Of a stretch of 64,000 nucleotides of DNA, positions 1-14,629 are shown one piece after another. Source of the stretch: Antedon mediterranea (lineage: Eukaryota; Animalia; Echinodermata). The notes under the pieces are model-generated. The model was not told where the DNA came from, did no database searches, and saw only the letters and a list, made by a program, of their open reading frames with translations. Numbering within the stretch: the stretch's first letter is position 1; each line of letters opens with the position of its first letter. Where the stretch lies: the NCBI RefSeq assembly GCF_964355755.1, contig NC_092678.1, forward strand, positions 7,208,422-7,272,421. The letters run 5' to 3'. Both the position numbers and the translations under genes were made by a program.

Positions 1-528
1 ATCAACGATTTCGGAGAGCCAGCTTGCATATGACTTCTGACTGACTGAACCGGACGCCCTGGGTTCGAACCCCATGGACATCTTTTGGTCAATGATTCAC
101 AGCCATATCTGGCATTTATCTATGCTAGGTATAATTTTAGAAAATCTGGCATAATTTGAAAAACCAAATCAGCAGCATATTTTACAACAAATATAGCAAT
201 ATTTTACCCAATCTAGAATAATTTTACCCAATCTAGCATAATTTGGCCGAAAACATGAACTCTGACACATTGATTTTGGCCAATTTTGACTGTAATTGTA
301 TCTAGCATAATTTGGTGCTGCCACCTAGCATGATTGTATTATTGATTGACAGAAAGATTAGGTTCAATAATTATTGATCTCGTGCAATGGGCCCAACTAT
401 CATGTAGTTAAAAATCTCATCAGCGGACGACTAATTACATGTATTAAACGCCATGTGTGCCAAAATGTTTATCTTTTTTTCAATAATCAAGCAGAATTTT
501 CGATTTAAACGTACTAAACTAAACAAAC

Positions 529-3500
529 CTGTTGATAATCTGTTTTGTAGGCCCTTTTGTGCCCAATATGCTCCTATCTCTTTGTAGTGGTAAGGATTTC
601 CGTGTATTAAATGTAATGATTTTAAACGTCTGTTCAGTAAGTTATTCAATGTAATGCCCAGTCTATTAATCCATGAATTTGAAAAACTTGGAAACCAAAT
701 GCTGTTTCTGTATTCCTTTATTGTATTTATAAATCTAGATTGTTGTACATTCGTCCGTAGGTTACCAAACCTAAAAAATAATACGTTAAACAAATTACTA
801 GGTGAGTAGAGAGCTGAAAGAAGATTAATATCCGTTTTATCCATTAACATTAACATGTGGTTTTTTTATTCACAAAAATATATACATTAAAAATATACAG
901 CTTGATAAACTTTCTATTTGCTATTTATGCTATATCAAGTATAGCAATTGCAAGCTATTTATTTGCTATTTATGCTATATATCAAGTACAGTATAGCAAT
1001 TGAACAGCTATTTATTTGCTATTTATGCTGTATCAAGTATAGCAATTGCAAGCTATGTATTTGCTATTTATGCTGTATTAAGTATAGCAATTGCAAGCTA
1101 TTTATTTGCTATTTATGCTGTATCAAGTATAGCAATTGCAAGCTATGTATTTGCTATTTATGCTGTATCAAGTATAGCAATTGCAAGCTATGTATTTGCT
1201 ATTTATGCTATATATCAAGTATAGCAATTGAACCGCTATTTATTTGCTATTTATGCTATATCAAGTATAGCAATTGAACAGCTATGCATTTGCTGTTTAT
1301 GCTATATCAAGTATAGCAATTGAACCGCTATTTATTTGCTATTTATGCTATATCAAGTATAGCAATTGAACAGCTATGCATTTGCTGTTTATGCTATATC
1401 AAGTATAGCAATTGAACAGCTATTTATTTGCTATTTATGCTGTATTAAGTATAGCAATTGCAAGCTATTTATTTGCTATTTATGCTGTATCAAGTATAGC
1501 AATTGCAAGCTATTTATTTGCTATTTATGCTGTATCAAGTATAGCAATTGAACAGCTATGTATTTGCTGTTTATGCTATATCAAGTATAGCAATTGAACA
1601 GATGTATTTGCTATTTATGCTGTATCAAGTATAGCAATTGAACAGATGTATTTGCTATTTATGCTGTATCAAGTATAACAATTGAACAGCTATGTATTTG
1701 CTGTTTATGCTGTATCAATAGCAATTGCAAGCTATTTTTTTGCTATTTATGCTGTATCAAGTATAGCAATTGCAAGCTATTTTTTTGCTATTTATGCTGT
1801 ATTAAGTATAGCAATTGCAAGCTATTTATTTCCTATCTATGTTAGGCCTATATCAAGTCAAGCATTGATAAACTTGGCTTTATCAGAACAAGAGCTGAAT
1901 GTTAATTATAAACCGCCCGGTGATATACTGAAATTTAATTAATTAATTAATTTGAAATGATAAGATTAGGAAATCTGTGAGAATAGGAGAGATTCGAACC
2001 CGGAACCTTCTGCTTGATATGCAGATGTCCTAACCATTACACCACATATATATGATATAATTTCCTCCTTTTATTATCATAATTATTATCCGGTAGTTTT
2101 TAATAATAGTCGATCAATAGAGGGCGTAATATTTCCAGCTTTGTTTAAAATAGTTATTTTTGCGGCGTTACGGATAAAAGGGGATTTTATTTTCTAGGAA
2201 AATATTGTTATATTATGATACCGGTAATAGAAAAGAAATAGACGTAGAGATGTACTTCCTGCTTCCGGAAGGTGGTTTGATTGTCCTGTGAAATCTATTT
2301 AGAAGATTTAATTTTCAGTCGATTCTCTGTTCTGCTATTTCCGAAGTATCATATGAATAATGGTAATACATCACATGCATCTAGGAGTAACCTGCTTCTT
2401 ACATGATACAGTCACCACATGTGATATATGCTTAAGATGCTGTATTACCAAATATTCATATAACTCGGAAATGGATACGTTGTGGATTTACACCACTGGG
2501 AATTATCAGTTCAAGTATTTCATTCAAAATACGGTCAGTTTTAATCAAAATGATTGTATCTAATTTTTACCCCAGTTTTATAGGCAAATTTCATGATACG
2601 ATGTCACATGTGAACACATTTTTTTATTTTTACTACCGTACTTATTCAAAAAATATTTATACAAAATAAAACATATACATTTAAAAATAGGATGTTAAAT
2701 TCATTTATTTACACAAAGCAAAATTTAAAATTTAAAATATGTAGCGAATAGTTTATGCATGTGTCTTCTAGAGAGACAAGACCATAATACATGGCTCCTG
2801 TCGCGTGCACAAATTTGAGTTAGTGTTTATCGACCAACCGACCGACAGACAGACCGATCAACCGACATAGTGAGCTGTAGAGTCGCGTTTGCACGCGACT
2901 AATACAATATTAATAAGCAGGGACAAAAAGGGGTTATGGGCGGTACATATTATACTAGATACTTTAGACAATCTGAATTCTGGTTTAAAACAATGTTCCT
3001 ACTTAAATATGAGATTGTATCATGATACAGACTTCACATGTGAAACACATGGGATGCTGTATTACGGAATTTGCATGGACACCAAACAGACCACTTACTT
3101 TTTTGTAATAATTGAAGGGTTCATTGTAGTTATATTACTGTTAACACCAGCATCTTCTTTAAATTGACCTATCGGCGGTGCATTACATCTGAAAATAAAT
3201 AACATAAGACTATAAAATAAGGCCAACGAAAATGTTTGTGCTTTACCTACCTCACGTGAGCCGCCTGTTTTATAGGCCTATGTATATTTTTTTAATTTAT
3301 TTTTATTTAATTGACAAAAAACAAAACAACAATATCCGATAAAATCGTAATATTCAATTACCGCAAGCGTACAGGAATAATTGTATTGTATTAAGTGGTT
3401 TCCTTAAAGTTAAAATATGTAAATATGAACCATTTATTCATTTTAAAGAGAGCATCTTGTCAGTTTATTTCAAATTGGTAGAATAAATCAATATTGTAAT

Positions 3501-6500
3501 AATAATTACGGACTTGAAATCAACACAAAAAAGTGCACATGGTGGTGCTAGTCGAAATTAGATGCGCCTGGACACTAACGAAAACTATATATTTTGGATG
3601 TTTTTCGTGGTGAATGATTTTGTTTATTATTTTGTTGTTATTTGTGAGAGAGCTTTGTTTTTATATGCTCAGAAATAGTATACAATACGTCACATTTACC
3701 TTTAAATAATAAATACATTGCAGCGGAAAGACTAATTGTTTTCCGTAATTGTGGTGGTAAGTTCAACATCATATCAAACATTTTGAATTCGTTTTGTTTG
3801 AGTGTGTATATTTTTATTCATTTTTTTTAGTTCAATGGTTTTTTATTTTTTACAATTTTTTTGTGGGAGCTTTGTTATCTTTGTTGCTAATGTTGTAATT
3901 AAATTGTGGTCTAGCTTTGTTTTGTTTTTGCTTTAAGCGGTGATACTTATTATTTACACATTTCGCGGATTCGAACTAGAATTGACTGAGCATTGATATA
4001 TAAATGGCCACGGCGTTTCACACACTGAGATATCCGTGATTTACGAAATACATTATGTTCAAAGATAGTGTAATTAATTAAAACTTCCACGACGCGATAA
4101 GTCGATACGGTTGGCCGGCTGCCGAGACTAAAAACTGTTTTAATTTGGCGGCTCGGCGTGGTATTTATAGATCCGGCCACTGCGGTACACATAATACAGG
4201 AGGTTGCGTAGTTGATACGTGACGTAACAATTCGCGAAACATGGTCCCCGAGACGTCAAATTACTGTTTTGTTCGACATAGTGTGTATCCTTTTTATAAA
4301 ATTCAGGAAAGTAATATTGTAACCTATCCTGTGCATAGAAACATCAGTGTGCCAAATGTAAGCATGTAACATTCAGCGGTTTCGGAGGAGATACGTAAAA
4401 TTACGCGAAAAATGTAGTAGCATTAATATATAGATTTTATCTAAATCACTTATGGCTACGAATCCACCAGGATCATTATGCATTATCATTGTGCATTTAC
4501 ACCTTTTAGTGTTTCCGGCTGGACCTGTACCTATCCGGATATGCAGCACAAGATGTTGATTGAGTTAAAAGTTGAATTGATTTTTTTAAAACCATAATGA
4601 CTAGGAAAAGGATATCGGTACATTTCGTAATTTGGTTGTGTGTCCTTTTATTATTAATAATATTATTCTGGATTTATAAAGCGCCTAATGTTGTGAAGCA
4701 AGTGCTGTAGGCCTACATATCATTTTGGATCAAACCCGTATGGAAACATACTCCTATAATGCAGCTATAGTAATCAGCGCAAAGTTGTGTCTTGACTTTA
4801 CCATGTATTTTTACATCTGGGTTGAAGGAACCAAACGTTAGTAAAGTGTCTTGCCCAAGGATACAACAATGCGAATCGAGCTCACGATCAGTAGCCCAAC
4901 GTCCAACAAACTGCGCCACAATATTTTAAAATTGTAGGCCTAAATATTAATACTAAAACACTCTTATAGTCAAAGCGATATATTGACTATAAAATTCATT
5001 TTTCCCTCTCAAAATTGCTAGCCGGTATTGTATTTTGACAACACAAACATTTCGTATATGTCATTGCATTCGTGCGGCAATTTTCAGTAAAATACTGTTA
5101 GGCCCCATTAACAACATAGTTAACGATAGTTAATGAGCACCGCCATCGTTTGTGAGATTATACTGTGGAGTTATTGGTAAGTCGGACAACAAACATATAC
5201 AAATGTAATTGTGATCATTTTGATTCTGATTGGATGAGTGCATACGACGAACAAACACAAACTCTCTCTCTCTCTCTTAATAATAGACTTGTATATATTT
5301 GATTGAAAACTCACCTTATAACGAAGTCAGCTTTATCGATTTCTTTGCCGCACTTACTTCCCTTTAATATCCCTCCATTACCCACAATGGAACATCTGTT
5401 GTAGGTATTATGATCAATGGTGTCCTGTAAAGACAAATGCTAATTATTTATAACCATTTTATTAACAAGCTCGTGAAATCTTTTCACATGATTTCTCCGT
5501 ACTGCATCTTATTTGTGTTTCTTCTTTAATTTTAAGCTTTAGTCTAGTCTACACTAGTTTGACAAAAAAAAATGTTCCTAAATATGGTAGTGATATGACA
5601 TCATCGTGTCCATATGGGCACGTCACATTTTTGATAAAGTTTGATAGTGTAGCCAGAAATTTAGGATCGTTCTGTTATACACATGGTCGCGTCACACCTT
5701 ATGGATATGACTAATGAATATTCATGTTTATGACGTTTCATGTGGGGTCCCCAACTTACGAAAAGAAATATCGGGCCAGTTCAGATTGCGTGTACAGCAA
5801 CTACATGCATATGATTAAAATCGATTAAAATAAATAAAATATGATTAAAATCGAATTTGAAGATTTAATATTTTGAACACAAGTTTCTTTGATACTTTGA
5901 TATTAGAGTTTCTTCACTTAAATTTAAAAAATAAAAACGTACTTTTGTCTGCAACAATTTATAAAATCTGTCGTCTATCTTGATTGTTCCCGTATTTAAC
6001 GTGCACTTAATTCTTTGAGATTTTTTCACATTTGTTCTGCTCATGACCATGTCTGCTTGAACTACACTTTTTAAATCGGATCTAGAAAAAAGAAAAGAAG
6101 ATTAAAATTAAAATATTATTGTGACTGAAAAGATCTAAAATATAAGCTTTTGTCGAAATGTTTGCATTTTATGTTTGCGTTTTGCAATTAATGTCAGTGG
6201 CGTTCAGTTGCTCGGAGTGTGTAGACACAGTTGAGTTGGAATGATTTCCGTGTCGACATAAACGCACATTTAATTTATCCTAGAAACACTGTTTGAATTC
6301 TTCTATTCTTTTCTTTCTTCTTCTCTTCTTTCTTTTCTTTCTTGACATACCATCGTTTTCTAAGGTATGTGTAATCGGAAAATCAAATAACAGTCTTTGT
6401 ATTCCTGTTCTCTGGCAGTTTAGTACAACAAAGCCTCAAATAGTGACTGTTGAAAAACGGAGATTGCAAACAAACGTTTGCTAATACGTGTAGTAGGCCT

Positions 6501-9500
6501 ACTGTAGTTGACGTTTGGAACAAATCAGCCATGAATCAAAGGACAGTGTGGTCAAACAGCAGATGGACAACTACCGTTGCAAATTAATTCAGGCCTTCCG
6601 CAAATAGCAGAGAATGTTTGCAGAGGTTTTGTACCTATATTTCTCCAGTACCATAGGAAGTATTTGGTAATAGAGGCCTACAACATTTCAGTTGCACGTG
6701 TTATTATCTTGCACGGTATCATATTCTATAACCTAACCCTTTACCTTAAATAAAAAATGAGATATCGTAATACAATAATTCCTATGATACTATGTAAATA
6801 TCGTAGTAGTGAAGATACAACACGGAGAATCAGGTTGAGTTTGCAAACTTGAGGAAATTTGGTAAATTTTTCTATTTTTCCCGCCTTTTCCCTTCCGGTT
6901 GACATGTCAGTTTAGTGATGGCACACAAGGCCATTATCATTATTCTCTCCTATCTCTTTCGTGTCTTGCAATTTGCTCGGCCTCCATCCATTTTCCCTTC
7001 TTTCTCATAAATACCACTGGTTCCGGTTCAAATTGGATCTCTGGATTTCTGTGTATGATTGAATTTAGATTTGAGTTTTACTGATGGCTGGATCTTTCTT
7101 AATCACCGTCCTGTTTCCGGGTGATGACGGCCCATTAACATATTCTCTCCATCTCTCCCGGCCGCTTTTTGGCGATTAGTTCTACCTCCATTCCATGATT
7201 CCCCTCTTCCCTTCTTTCCTGTTCAATCGTTTTTCTGTCCCCTCCCCCCTTTAATACGTGGGTTTTCATCTCCACTGGTTTCTGTTCAATGAAAAGTATT
7301 TTATCACTGTATATTTCTGTCTGATTAAATTTCAATTCTAATTTACTGTCACTTTATTTTCTGGATCTTTCTGATTGTCACCTCTCCTTTTTCCTGTTAA
7401 ATTGTTTGTCTCCACGTCACCTTTGGCCTGCCTTTCTTTCTTTTCTTTTCCGGTTGACATTACTCAGGTCAAACTACTATTGTCGATACTCCTTCAGTTT
7501 GATTTTGTAGCTGATTTCATTAAAATGAGTTTTGTTATTATTTTTAGCTGCAGCCTCAAGTTCTTATTTTGTTGGGCCATTCCCCAAGCACTTGTTTTGG
7601 AATTATATTAGCTTCTGATAAACTTTATTGAACAAACGCTTTTGTATCAGAGGCACACGTACAAGGCGATATAAAAACAAAAAGAAAAGTATCAAAAATA
7701 ACATTAAAATCTTAATTAGTAACAAGCGAATTATACAAGTAAAATGAAATAGTGCAAAAAACCCAAAATAATCTTACACAGACCAATACTTACACTTTAT
7801 AATGGAGTTAATGTTTAATATCTATTTATTATCATTATTTTTTTTTTTCACATTCACATCCATAAAAAAAATGTATAACAATTGTTTTGTATTTTGTATT
7901 TGTATTTTTTGTATTTTGTATTTATATTTGTCCTCAAGCTTAACTGGAAACTGAGGAAATTCATTTCATTTTGATGAAAAGTACTATGGCTTTGTAAATT
8001 TTATTTTACATGTATCTTTTAATATGAACTTCTCTAAAACTCTATTTATCTCGTTTCCATTTATTTTTTTTTTCTTCTTTTTTTTAATTATTGCTGTTTA
8101 TCTTCATTATTACCTCCGCCAATGAGGTTATATTTTTACCCCTGTATGTGGGCGTGTGTGTGTGTCTGTGAACAGCCTGGAGGCCACAGTTTTTAGCCGA
8201 TTCTCACCAAATTTTGTCACAATGATCTATGCCCCAAAAGCTCGGACGAGTTCGAATTTGAGGGGGAAAAGTAATAGGTCAAGGTCACAACTAACAAAAA
8301 ACTATTTTACTGCCTAGAGACCACAGTTTTTATTCGATTCTCACCAAACTTAGCCACAATAATCAATGACTCATCATATTATAATTGTGGTTAAATTTTG
8401 AAGGGTCAGGGTCAAAGATCAAGGTCCACAACAAAAAATATTAAAAAAAATAATTAAAAAAACCTCAGCGCGACTTGAACCAGCGATCTCAACTGTGAGA
8501 GGCTGGATACATAACCATTACACCAAACGCTTATCCACAACTTTGTAGTGTGCAGTTAGCCTATTTACACTTAGAACTAATACAAAAAAAATTTTTAAAT
8601 ATATATATAATATCCCGGGGACATTTTATGTAGTGAAATTTTACAGTAGGCGGAGGTTTGTACTCTCGGAATACCCTCTAGTTTTGTTTTTATTTTCGTT
8701 TAAGTACTTTGTTATTACCTCCGCCAAGGAGATTATATTTTGTATGCGATATTTATTTGTATGTTTGTCTGCTAGCAGGATAACGTCAAAACTAAAAGAC
8801 AGATCTTTTCCAAATTTAAACGACGGTTTGATATAATGGTCGCTGAAGATTCCATTAAATCCGGATCAAGGATTTTAATTCGGGAACACTTTTTAATTAA
8901 AATGGGCCTGAAATGGATTTTCGATTTTTTTCATTTTAGAATGATGTTTTGGGGGCTATTAGGTGTTGCTAGAATGTATATTGTTACAAAATATAAATTG
9001 GCCCTTTTGGGGAAAGCCCCATTTGAAAATCAAACAAATTCGCGGGTGACGTCACTTTAGGAATATATTCCTATCCCTTCAATGGAAAATTTTGCAGTTT
9101 TTTGGCTATAACTCTTGAATCTATGGAGTATTTTCTAAAAAATGCTTGTGCATTTGCAGAAACGTATTTAGAATTTTTTTAGATAAAATTATTACCGTAT
9201 AAACGGTTATTCATCGAGTAAATGACGATTTAAAATCTTAAAATCAACGTTTTTTTTCTGGCAATACCGAAGTTGGTCTGGCAACGTTGTCCGGGATGCG
9301 ATTTTTTTTTTCGTACATAAGTTGGGGACCCCTCATGAAACGTCACAAAATAAACATGAATAATTCATCAGTTAAATTTGTTGTTCCGTGTGCACCCAAG
9401 CGTATAGCAACAAGAAGTGATTACACAACTGCGATACGATTTTTTCTACAATTAATAGGCCTAGGAATAGGATTCTAGGTCAATTCACGTGATTGCCTTC

Positions 9501-12500
9501 GCGCACTCTTCTTACACACACACACTATGCAAAATGTGTCGAGGCTAATCGACAGCTAGGCAAGACATTAAACTAAGTAGTAATTGGACATAGCCCAAAG
9601 AAAGCTTAGACCCACAAGAATAAAGAATGTGTATAATTTGTGTACCTGTAATTTTTTTATTCTGCTATTTCATTATCAAACAATTTGCATGTACTCAAAG
9701 GAACTTTAAAAATGCGCGTATATGAACACATGAGATGGGAAGATTAGACCAACGAGAATAAAAAATGTATTTTTGTGTAATGTTTATTGTTTAATTTTGC
9801 TGACTTATTACTCGGACTATGTCATACCTAACTAACACACACGTCACACACACCAACACAGCTACTACTAGAATAGACATGGGTTTAGAGACTAGTAATT
9901 AGGCCTAATAGTATCAATAGAAACTATGATTTTAACACGTAATTCTTTAGTAATAAATTATATTAAAAACACCATAAACTAAAGGCTGATTATTTCGACA
10001 ATCCACACAAAACGCCGCTATTCTATTATGAAATCGCACGCGGCAACCACACAGCAGAGATAGGCCTAGAATCGTACCGCACTTGTGTAAACTTACTGTA
10101 ATCACTTCTTGTTGCTATACGCTTGGATGCACACGGAGCAAGAACATTTAACTGATGAATTATTCATGTTTATTTTGTGACGTTTCATGAGGGGGTCCCC
10201 AACTTATGTACGAAAAAAAAATCGCCTCCGGGCCCCCCTGAGTTTAGCTCTGAGCGCTCATAGCTGTTACGCTTGGATCAAGTCTATTTTTTAAAAAAAC
10301 CCATAATATATAATCACAATATCAAGACATGATCATGGCAGGTATCAAAACATTTGTAATTGTACATTGTCAAGAATGAAATAAAAGTGAGTGAATCTCA
10401 CAAAAGAAAAAAAAAACAACATTTCTCTTTATTTGCCTCGCTGGCTATACACACCAACAATATTATAATAAAATTCAATACATCATCATGAAGAAAACAT
10501 TTGTTATTCTTCCGTATTAATAATGACCACATGATTATTATAAGGCGTTTATATGAATATTTATATCTTTTTGTTAAAGGACCATATACTGGAAATAATT
10601 TATGTTTGTGTTTTCACTATTGTGTTTAATACGTTTTTAATTAAGAAAACCAATCAATACATCATACTAGTAGGCATCCTTAAACAGCAGCTGTTCTGGT
10701 CAAAATGGCGGTCGATTATATTAATTTCTCTCCATACTTTGTTTTGATATAAAAATGATTAATGCTAGATTTGCATAAATCCTAAACAATGTATAACATA
10801 ATCTTTTCACCTTCATACATGAACATTTAAAAGCATTGTACGGTAAGTCTACATCGATTTATCTCTCAACAAGTCGCTGATCTTAGCGTCACCCACCTTG
10901 ATGCAACTCTCTTTTTAAAGGCAAATTTACGCAGACGAAGATGGTAAGCGATAAACGGCAACCGGAAAACAAAAATATAAAATCTGTTATTCTTATGACC
11001 ACTTAACAAACGCGGAAACCCACTCAGGATTATAATACAGATTCTACGTGAGACAAACACGCTGTTTCCGCTTAAAGCGTGGTTCCCACTAGAACGCAAC
11101 GCAGCGACGTATCGACGCAAAGTGCTATAGGCCTACTGCGTAACACAAGTGGTAGTCTGGGCTCCAGACGGAGTTTTGTCTTAATATTAGTAAAAATATA
11201 AATATTTTTGCACATATGGCGTTTCATACGTGTATTACTTGAGTTGTATTTTCAGACAAAAATCGCGGTCGAAATAAAAACAAATAAATAAAAGACAATA
11301 AATACAGACTTGGGGCAAGTCTACACAAGTGGGAACCGACGACGCAATACGTGCGGCAAACATACAGGTTTGATTTCACGCAGGCGGGGGCAAACACAAT
11401 TATTAGATTAGGCATTTGCTTACGTTGCGTAGATTGCGTTACGTTGCGTCACTAGTGGGAACCAATCTTTAGGCCTATTACAATCACTGTCTCTCTGACT
11501 CTGTATGGATGATAATAGTCATTTTGTTGGGCTTTATATTTCACTATAGGAAATGACAACACTTTATTCTTATAGGCCTATATTTTTTTACTATAAAATA
11601 TAGCCATAATAGAAAACAAAAGTATGGTTAAGAAACTGAAACAAACTAGAATTACGGTGTTCAATAGAAATAAAACCTAGTCATATGGATCTATTGTATT
11701 ACCTTAATTGTTGTAAATTCGATACGTTCTGTTTCCATGGTGTCATGAGTATACTTGATAAGTTGAGTGTACTTTCACTATCGGTTGACATATGCGCAAT
11801 GTACTTAAAGTTGTCTTTTAAAATCGTTAAGTTTATTGGTATATTATGGTCCTCTATTATTTCTTTGTCTGGTTGCCTGCTCGGTATGCCTAAATCAGGC
11901 ACAGAATACAATCCCAGATGCTTCACATCTTTATTGTCAAAGTTATACGGGTGAATATTCCACCTATGAAATATAAATATAAAAATGACTGATTAAAAGC
12001 AATGTTTGAATGGAGAACTTTTATTTTAATACATTATTACGTAGGCTATGTTCGAATTACATGGCTTTTAATATAGTCTGGTGTTCACTTTGATTATATC
12101 ATCATTTGTTGTGGAAATAGACTTATTGATATACATTTTTGTAAAAAAAAACAGATTACTAATCTATAGGTCCAAATCTTTTATTTTACCGTTGTTAATT
12201 TATGGATAGAATTCTGTGGAAACACTCGTTCAACAGTGGCGTAATCCAGAGACCTGGCCCCCAAGTTGGCGTTTGTAGCCTTTTTCGACATATTATTTTA
12301 ATGGCTTTTCATCTGGGCACACTTCTCAGCCCCACCCCTCTCCATAATCTCCGGGGCCCCGGGGTTTATCCAGTGAGCGGTCATAGCCGTTACGCCACTG
12401 TCGTTCAACGTATTTGAATCAAAATTACTAATCCAAAAAAATGTTTGTTCGATGTGCTTTCTGATTTCCTAAGTTATATGAATTGTATGTAGTAAAATTG

Positions 12501-13201
12501 GTTTCACATTATTTTTTATCGTAAATCACCACGTATCAAAAACTTATACTTCAAACCTATAATTATAACAACACAGACTACTTAATAAACCCATTAAACG
12601 TAATGCTTCTTCAATTCGTTGCTGTGACTTGCAAATATTATTTACCAAGGCCCAAAGATTGAATTAATTAATCCAGTGGCGTAGCGTAAAGACCTGAGGC
12701 CCCTGCTTTAAGCGTGGTTCCCACTAGAACGCAACGCAACGCTACGACGTATTGACGCAAAGTGCTGTATAGCGTAATCGCAAGTGGGAACCGACGACGC
12801 AACAGTGCTGCAAACATCGCAGGTTTGATTTCACGCAGGCGGGGGCAAACACAACTATTGGAAGAGCATTTTCTTACGTTGCGTCGGTTTGCATTAAGCT
12901 TGGTTCCCACTAGAACGTAACGCAAGGACGTAAACGCAACGGAAGCGTTTTAACCAATGAAAAGCGAAGTTATAGACAGTTAGCAATCACAAGCGAATAA
13001 GCCATCCCTTGTGATTGGTCAATTCACTTGCGTTGCGTTACGTCCTTGCGTTGCGTTGCTAGTGGGAACCACGCTTTACGTTGCGTCGCTAGTGGGAAAC
13101 AAGCTTTAGTTGTTAATCATTTATCAAACTTACCATATATATGTTGAAAACAGGAATGACGTTGCAAATGCCAAACAAAGTAGCCGTATAGATGTCTCCA
13201 T
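529..13201 (-). CDS. Alpha-2,8-sialyltransferase-like (GT29, ST8Sia family), 3'-partial. Coding exons 13201-13134, 11963-11703, 6081-5943, 5424-5315, 3188-3099, 770-529
   Basis: All six exons have GT-AG boundaries and compatible phases. Spliced product: [25 protein letters not shown] (type II signal-anchor) ... [13 protein letters not shown] ... sialylmotif L ([33 protein letters not shown]...DAG...TTMNPS) ... WFPSF ... start of sialylmotif S (RLSTG). The exon with the rest of motif S, motif III and VS lies left of the window. An acceptor at 13218-13219 implies an upstream non-coding exon. Confidence 0.9.
915..1835. repeat. Minisatellite, ~45-46 bp unit, ~20 copies
   Basis: Unit gctatttatttgctatttatgctgtatcaagtatagcaattgcaa repeated head to tail; it produces the periodic ORFs at 948-1942. 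Confidence 0.95.
1895..2046 (-). repeat. Degraded copy of the tRNA-like dispersed repeat also at 43705-43780 and 56185-56690
   Basis: Shares aaaccgcccggt.atatactgaaatttaattaattaatttgaaa...gaaatctgtgagaat and ctgcttgatatgcagatgtcctaacc with the 56.2-kb copies; B-box GGTTCGAATC on the minus strand. Confidence 0.7.
3976..4435 (-). mobile_element. Probable non-autonomous Helitron-like element
   Basis: The minus strand starts A|TCTATATATTAAT and ends at CTAG|T near 3976; interior is CpG-rich compared with the flanks. Confidence 0.4.
4650..4920 (-). mobile_element. tRNA-derived SINE (CORE-like body, LINE-like tail); related copies at 21690-21968 (-), 33532-33820 (+), 61640-61800 (-)
   Basis: A-box/B-box-like head, shared ccttgggcaagacacttt segment, and a gcgctttataaat..(att)n tail in several copies. 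Confidence 0.65.
5545..5660. mobile_element. Short MITE of the agctctgtctacactatcaaact family (also 32678-32816, 32862-33005)
   Basis: TIR gtctacacta.../...tttgatagtgtag; shared interior aatatggtagtgatatgacatcatc. Confidence 0.65.
8109..8682 (+). mobile_element. Helentron/DINE-like non-autonomous element; a second 5' end starts at ~8713
   Basis: 5' attacctccgcc..gaggtta subterminal repeat, (GT)n tract, internal tRNA-like stretch, 3' ggcggaggt + short hairpin + ctagtt. Confidence 0.65.
8951..10238. mobile_element. Non-autonomous DNA element containing a ~135-bp inverted repeat (9292-9425 / 10097-10231)
   Basis: Near-perfect reverse complementarity is visible (cgtacataagttggggacccc.tcatgaaacgtcacaaaataaacatgaataattcatcag); partial copy at 5715-5770. 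The outer limits are less certain. Confidence 0.6.
11076..11468. mobile_element. PIF/Harbinger-like MITE (agc[g/t]tggttcccactag family)
   Basis: TIRs agcgtggttcccactag / ctagtgggaaccaatct flanked by TAA/TTA. Confidence 0.8.
12234..12400. mobile_element. hAT-like MITE with 8-bp TSD
   Basis: TIR cagtggcgtaa...ttacgccactg; identical TSD tcgttcaa at 12226-12233 and 12401-12408. Confidence 0.85.
12711..13105. mobile_element. Harbinger-like MITE with a related 179-bp MITE nested inside (12897-13075)
   Basis: Both have ggttcccactag TIRs and TTA TSDs; the inner element matches 14693-14871 and 42231-42409. Confidence 0.85.
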
Positions 13202-14629
13202 TGTTTGATGTTCCTACCTGTGGAATGGAATAGAAAATACAACCGTGGTAACTATGTGCATTTATTTTCATTACTTATTTATTTTCAACAATATTCTACT
13301 ATGGTGTTCCATCCGGCAGAATCTGATGGCCCATGAAAATAAATCAACATAACATTTGAGAAGAAAATATAATAATAATATAACTAATACTGTATAATAA
13401 TAATAATAATGACGATATGGGGAGAATATTAACAAACTCTAACTCTAAACCCTAACCCAATAGAAACCAATTCAACGAATACAAAACTCATAACCACGCC
13501 TGATAGTGCAAGCCGAGTCGATTTTTTTTAAACAGACGTCTCTGAAAGTTTCGCCAGTATATAAAATGAAGAGTTGTCAGCTGTGAAGTCGAAGGGACTT
13601 AAGTCCTATAATCTTTAAGGTAAAACATCCATTGATTTGTTTGTGTATTATTTTACAATTACAGCGCACCTACTGTTTTAATAAACTATAGAAAATTGTT
13701 TATTGTCGTACAATAATTGGCATTTTCACAAGGTGAATGTTGAAAAGAGCGAACCCATTCTTCTTCTAATACTAAATCAAGGATGATTCAACCGGCTCAG
13801 CTACAGTGATTAAGTTAACTTAGGTTGACCCTGGTTTTTTTTTTGTCATGATGTATAATTATACTGAAATAGACCGAATAAATAATGAAATGAAATCTAT
13901 AAATTATAGGTCAATGGAAAAACTATACGATAGGCCGTGGCGTCGCACTTACGACGTAAATGCGTTTCGCCCTAGTGGGAGCCACGTTTTAGTGTGGATG
14001 GGACTCAATTGTGTTCCTATCAGGACGCCGCTAAGGACGTACGCGCAACGTTTGTATTTTGCGAATGCCAGGTGATGTGATGGATTGTGTGATGGATTAT
14101 ACGAACTGTCATTGCTCAATCGAAATTACGTCGCGCTTCCGTCTGCGTTGTGTCCTAGTGGGAACCAAGCTTTACTTTAAGCTCTATTGTGTCCATTTCA
14201 ATAAGCGGATGTTATTTTCTTTCCAATCGGATATCTTGATTGTAAAGAGAGTCCATTCATTTTTTAATTCATTTTCTGTCGATATAATATTCTTGAAATC
14301 AAAAGAAACTGATCGTTAAATTGCTTTTATTCATTCATCGAAGAAATGAAATACTAGACTCTTAATTTATTATAAGTTGGTTCCGGACTCGATCCTATAT
14401 AAACAATGATGTAGTATTATTGATTTCGCTATGCAAACCTTCAAACAAGATATAGTATTAAATATTGTTATTCCTTTTGTGCGTCGGCAAAATAGCAATT
14501 TTTATTAATTTAAGTTTGAGTATACAATAATGGAGAGAATGCATCCTCAATACCATTATTTGTGAAGGTACAATTAGGTAGTAGTTAGCATACCTTAATT
14601 GTTGCCTGCAAACGCCCTATGCCATCTTA

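Noticed and set aside
948-1942. Cys-rich periodic ORFs ([14 protein letters not shown])
   Set aside because: They are translations of a 46-bp minisatellite in an intron; the unit is not a multiple of 3 and there is no splice context.
6940-7625. Purine-rich minus-strand coding-like stretch (ORF 7135-7335)
   Set aside because: Frames are broken and I recognise no domain; possibly a decayed retroelement ORF, but this is not supportable.
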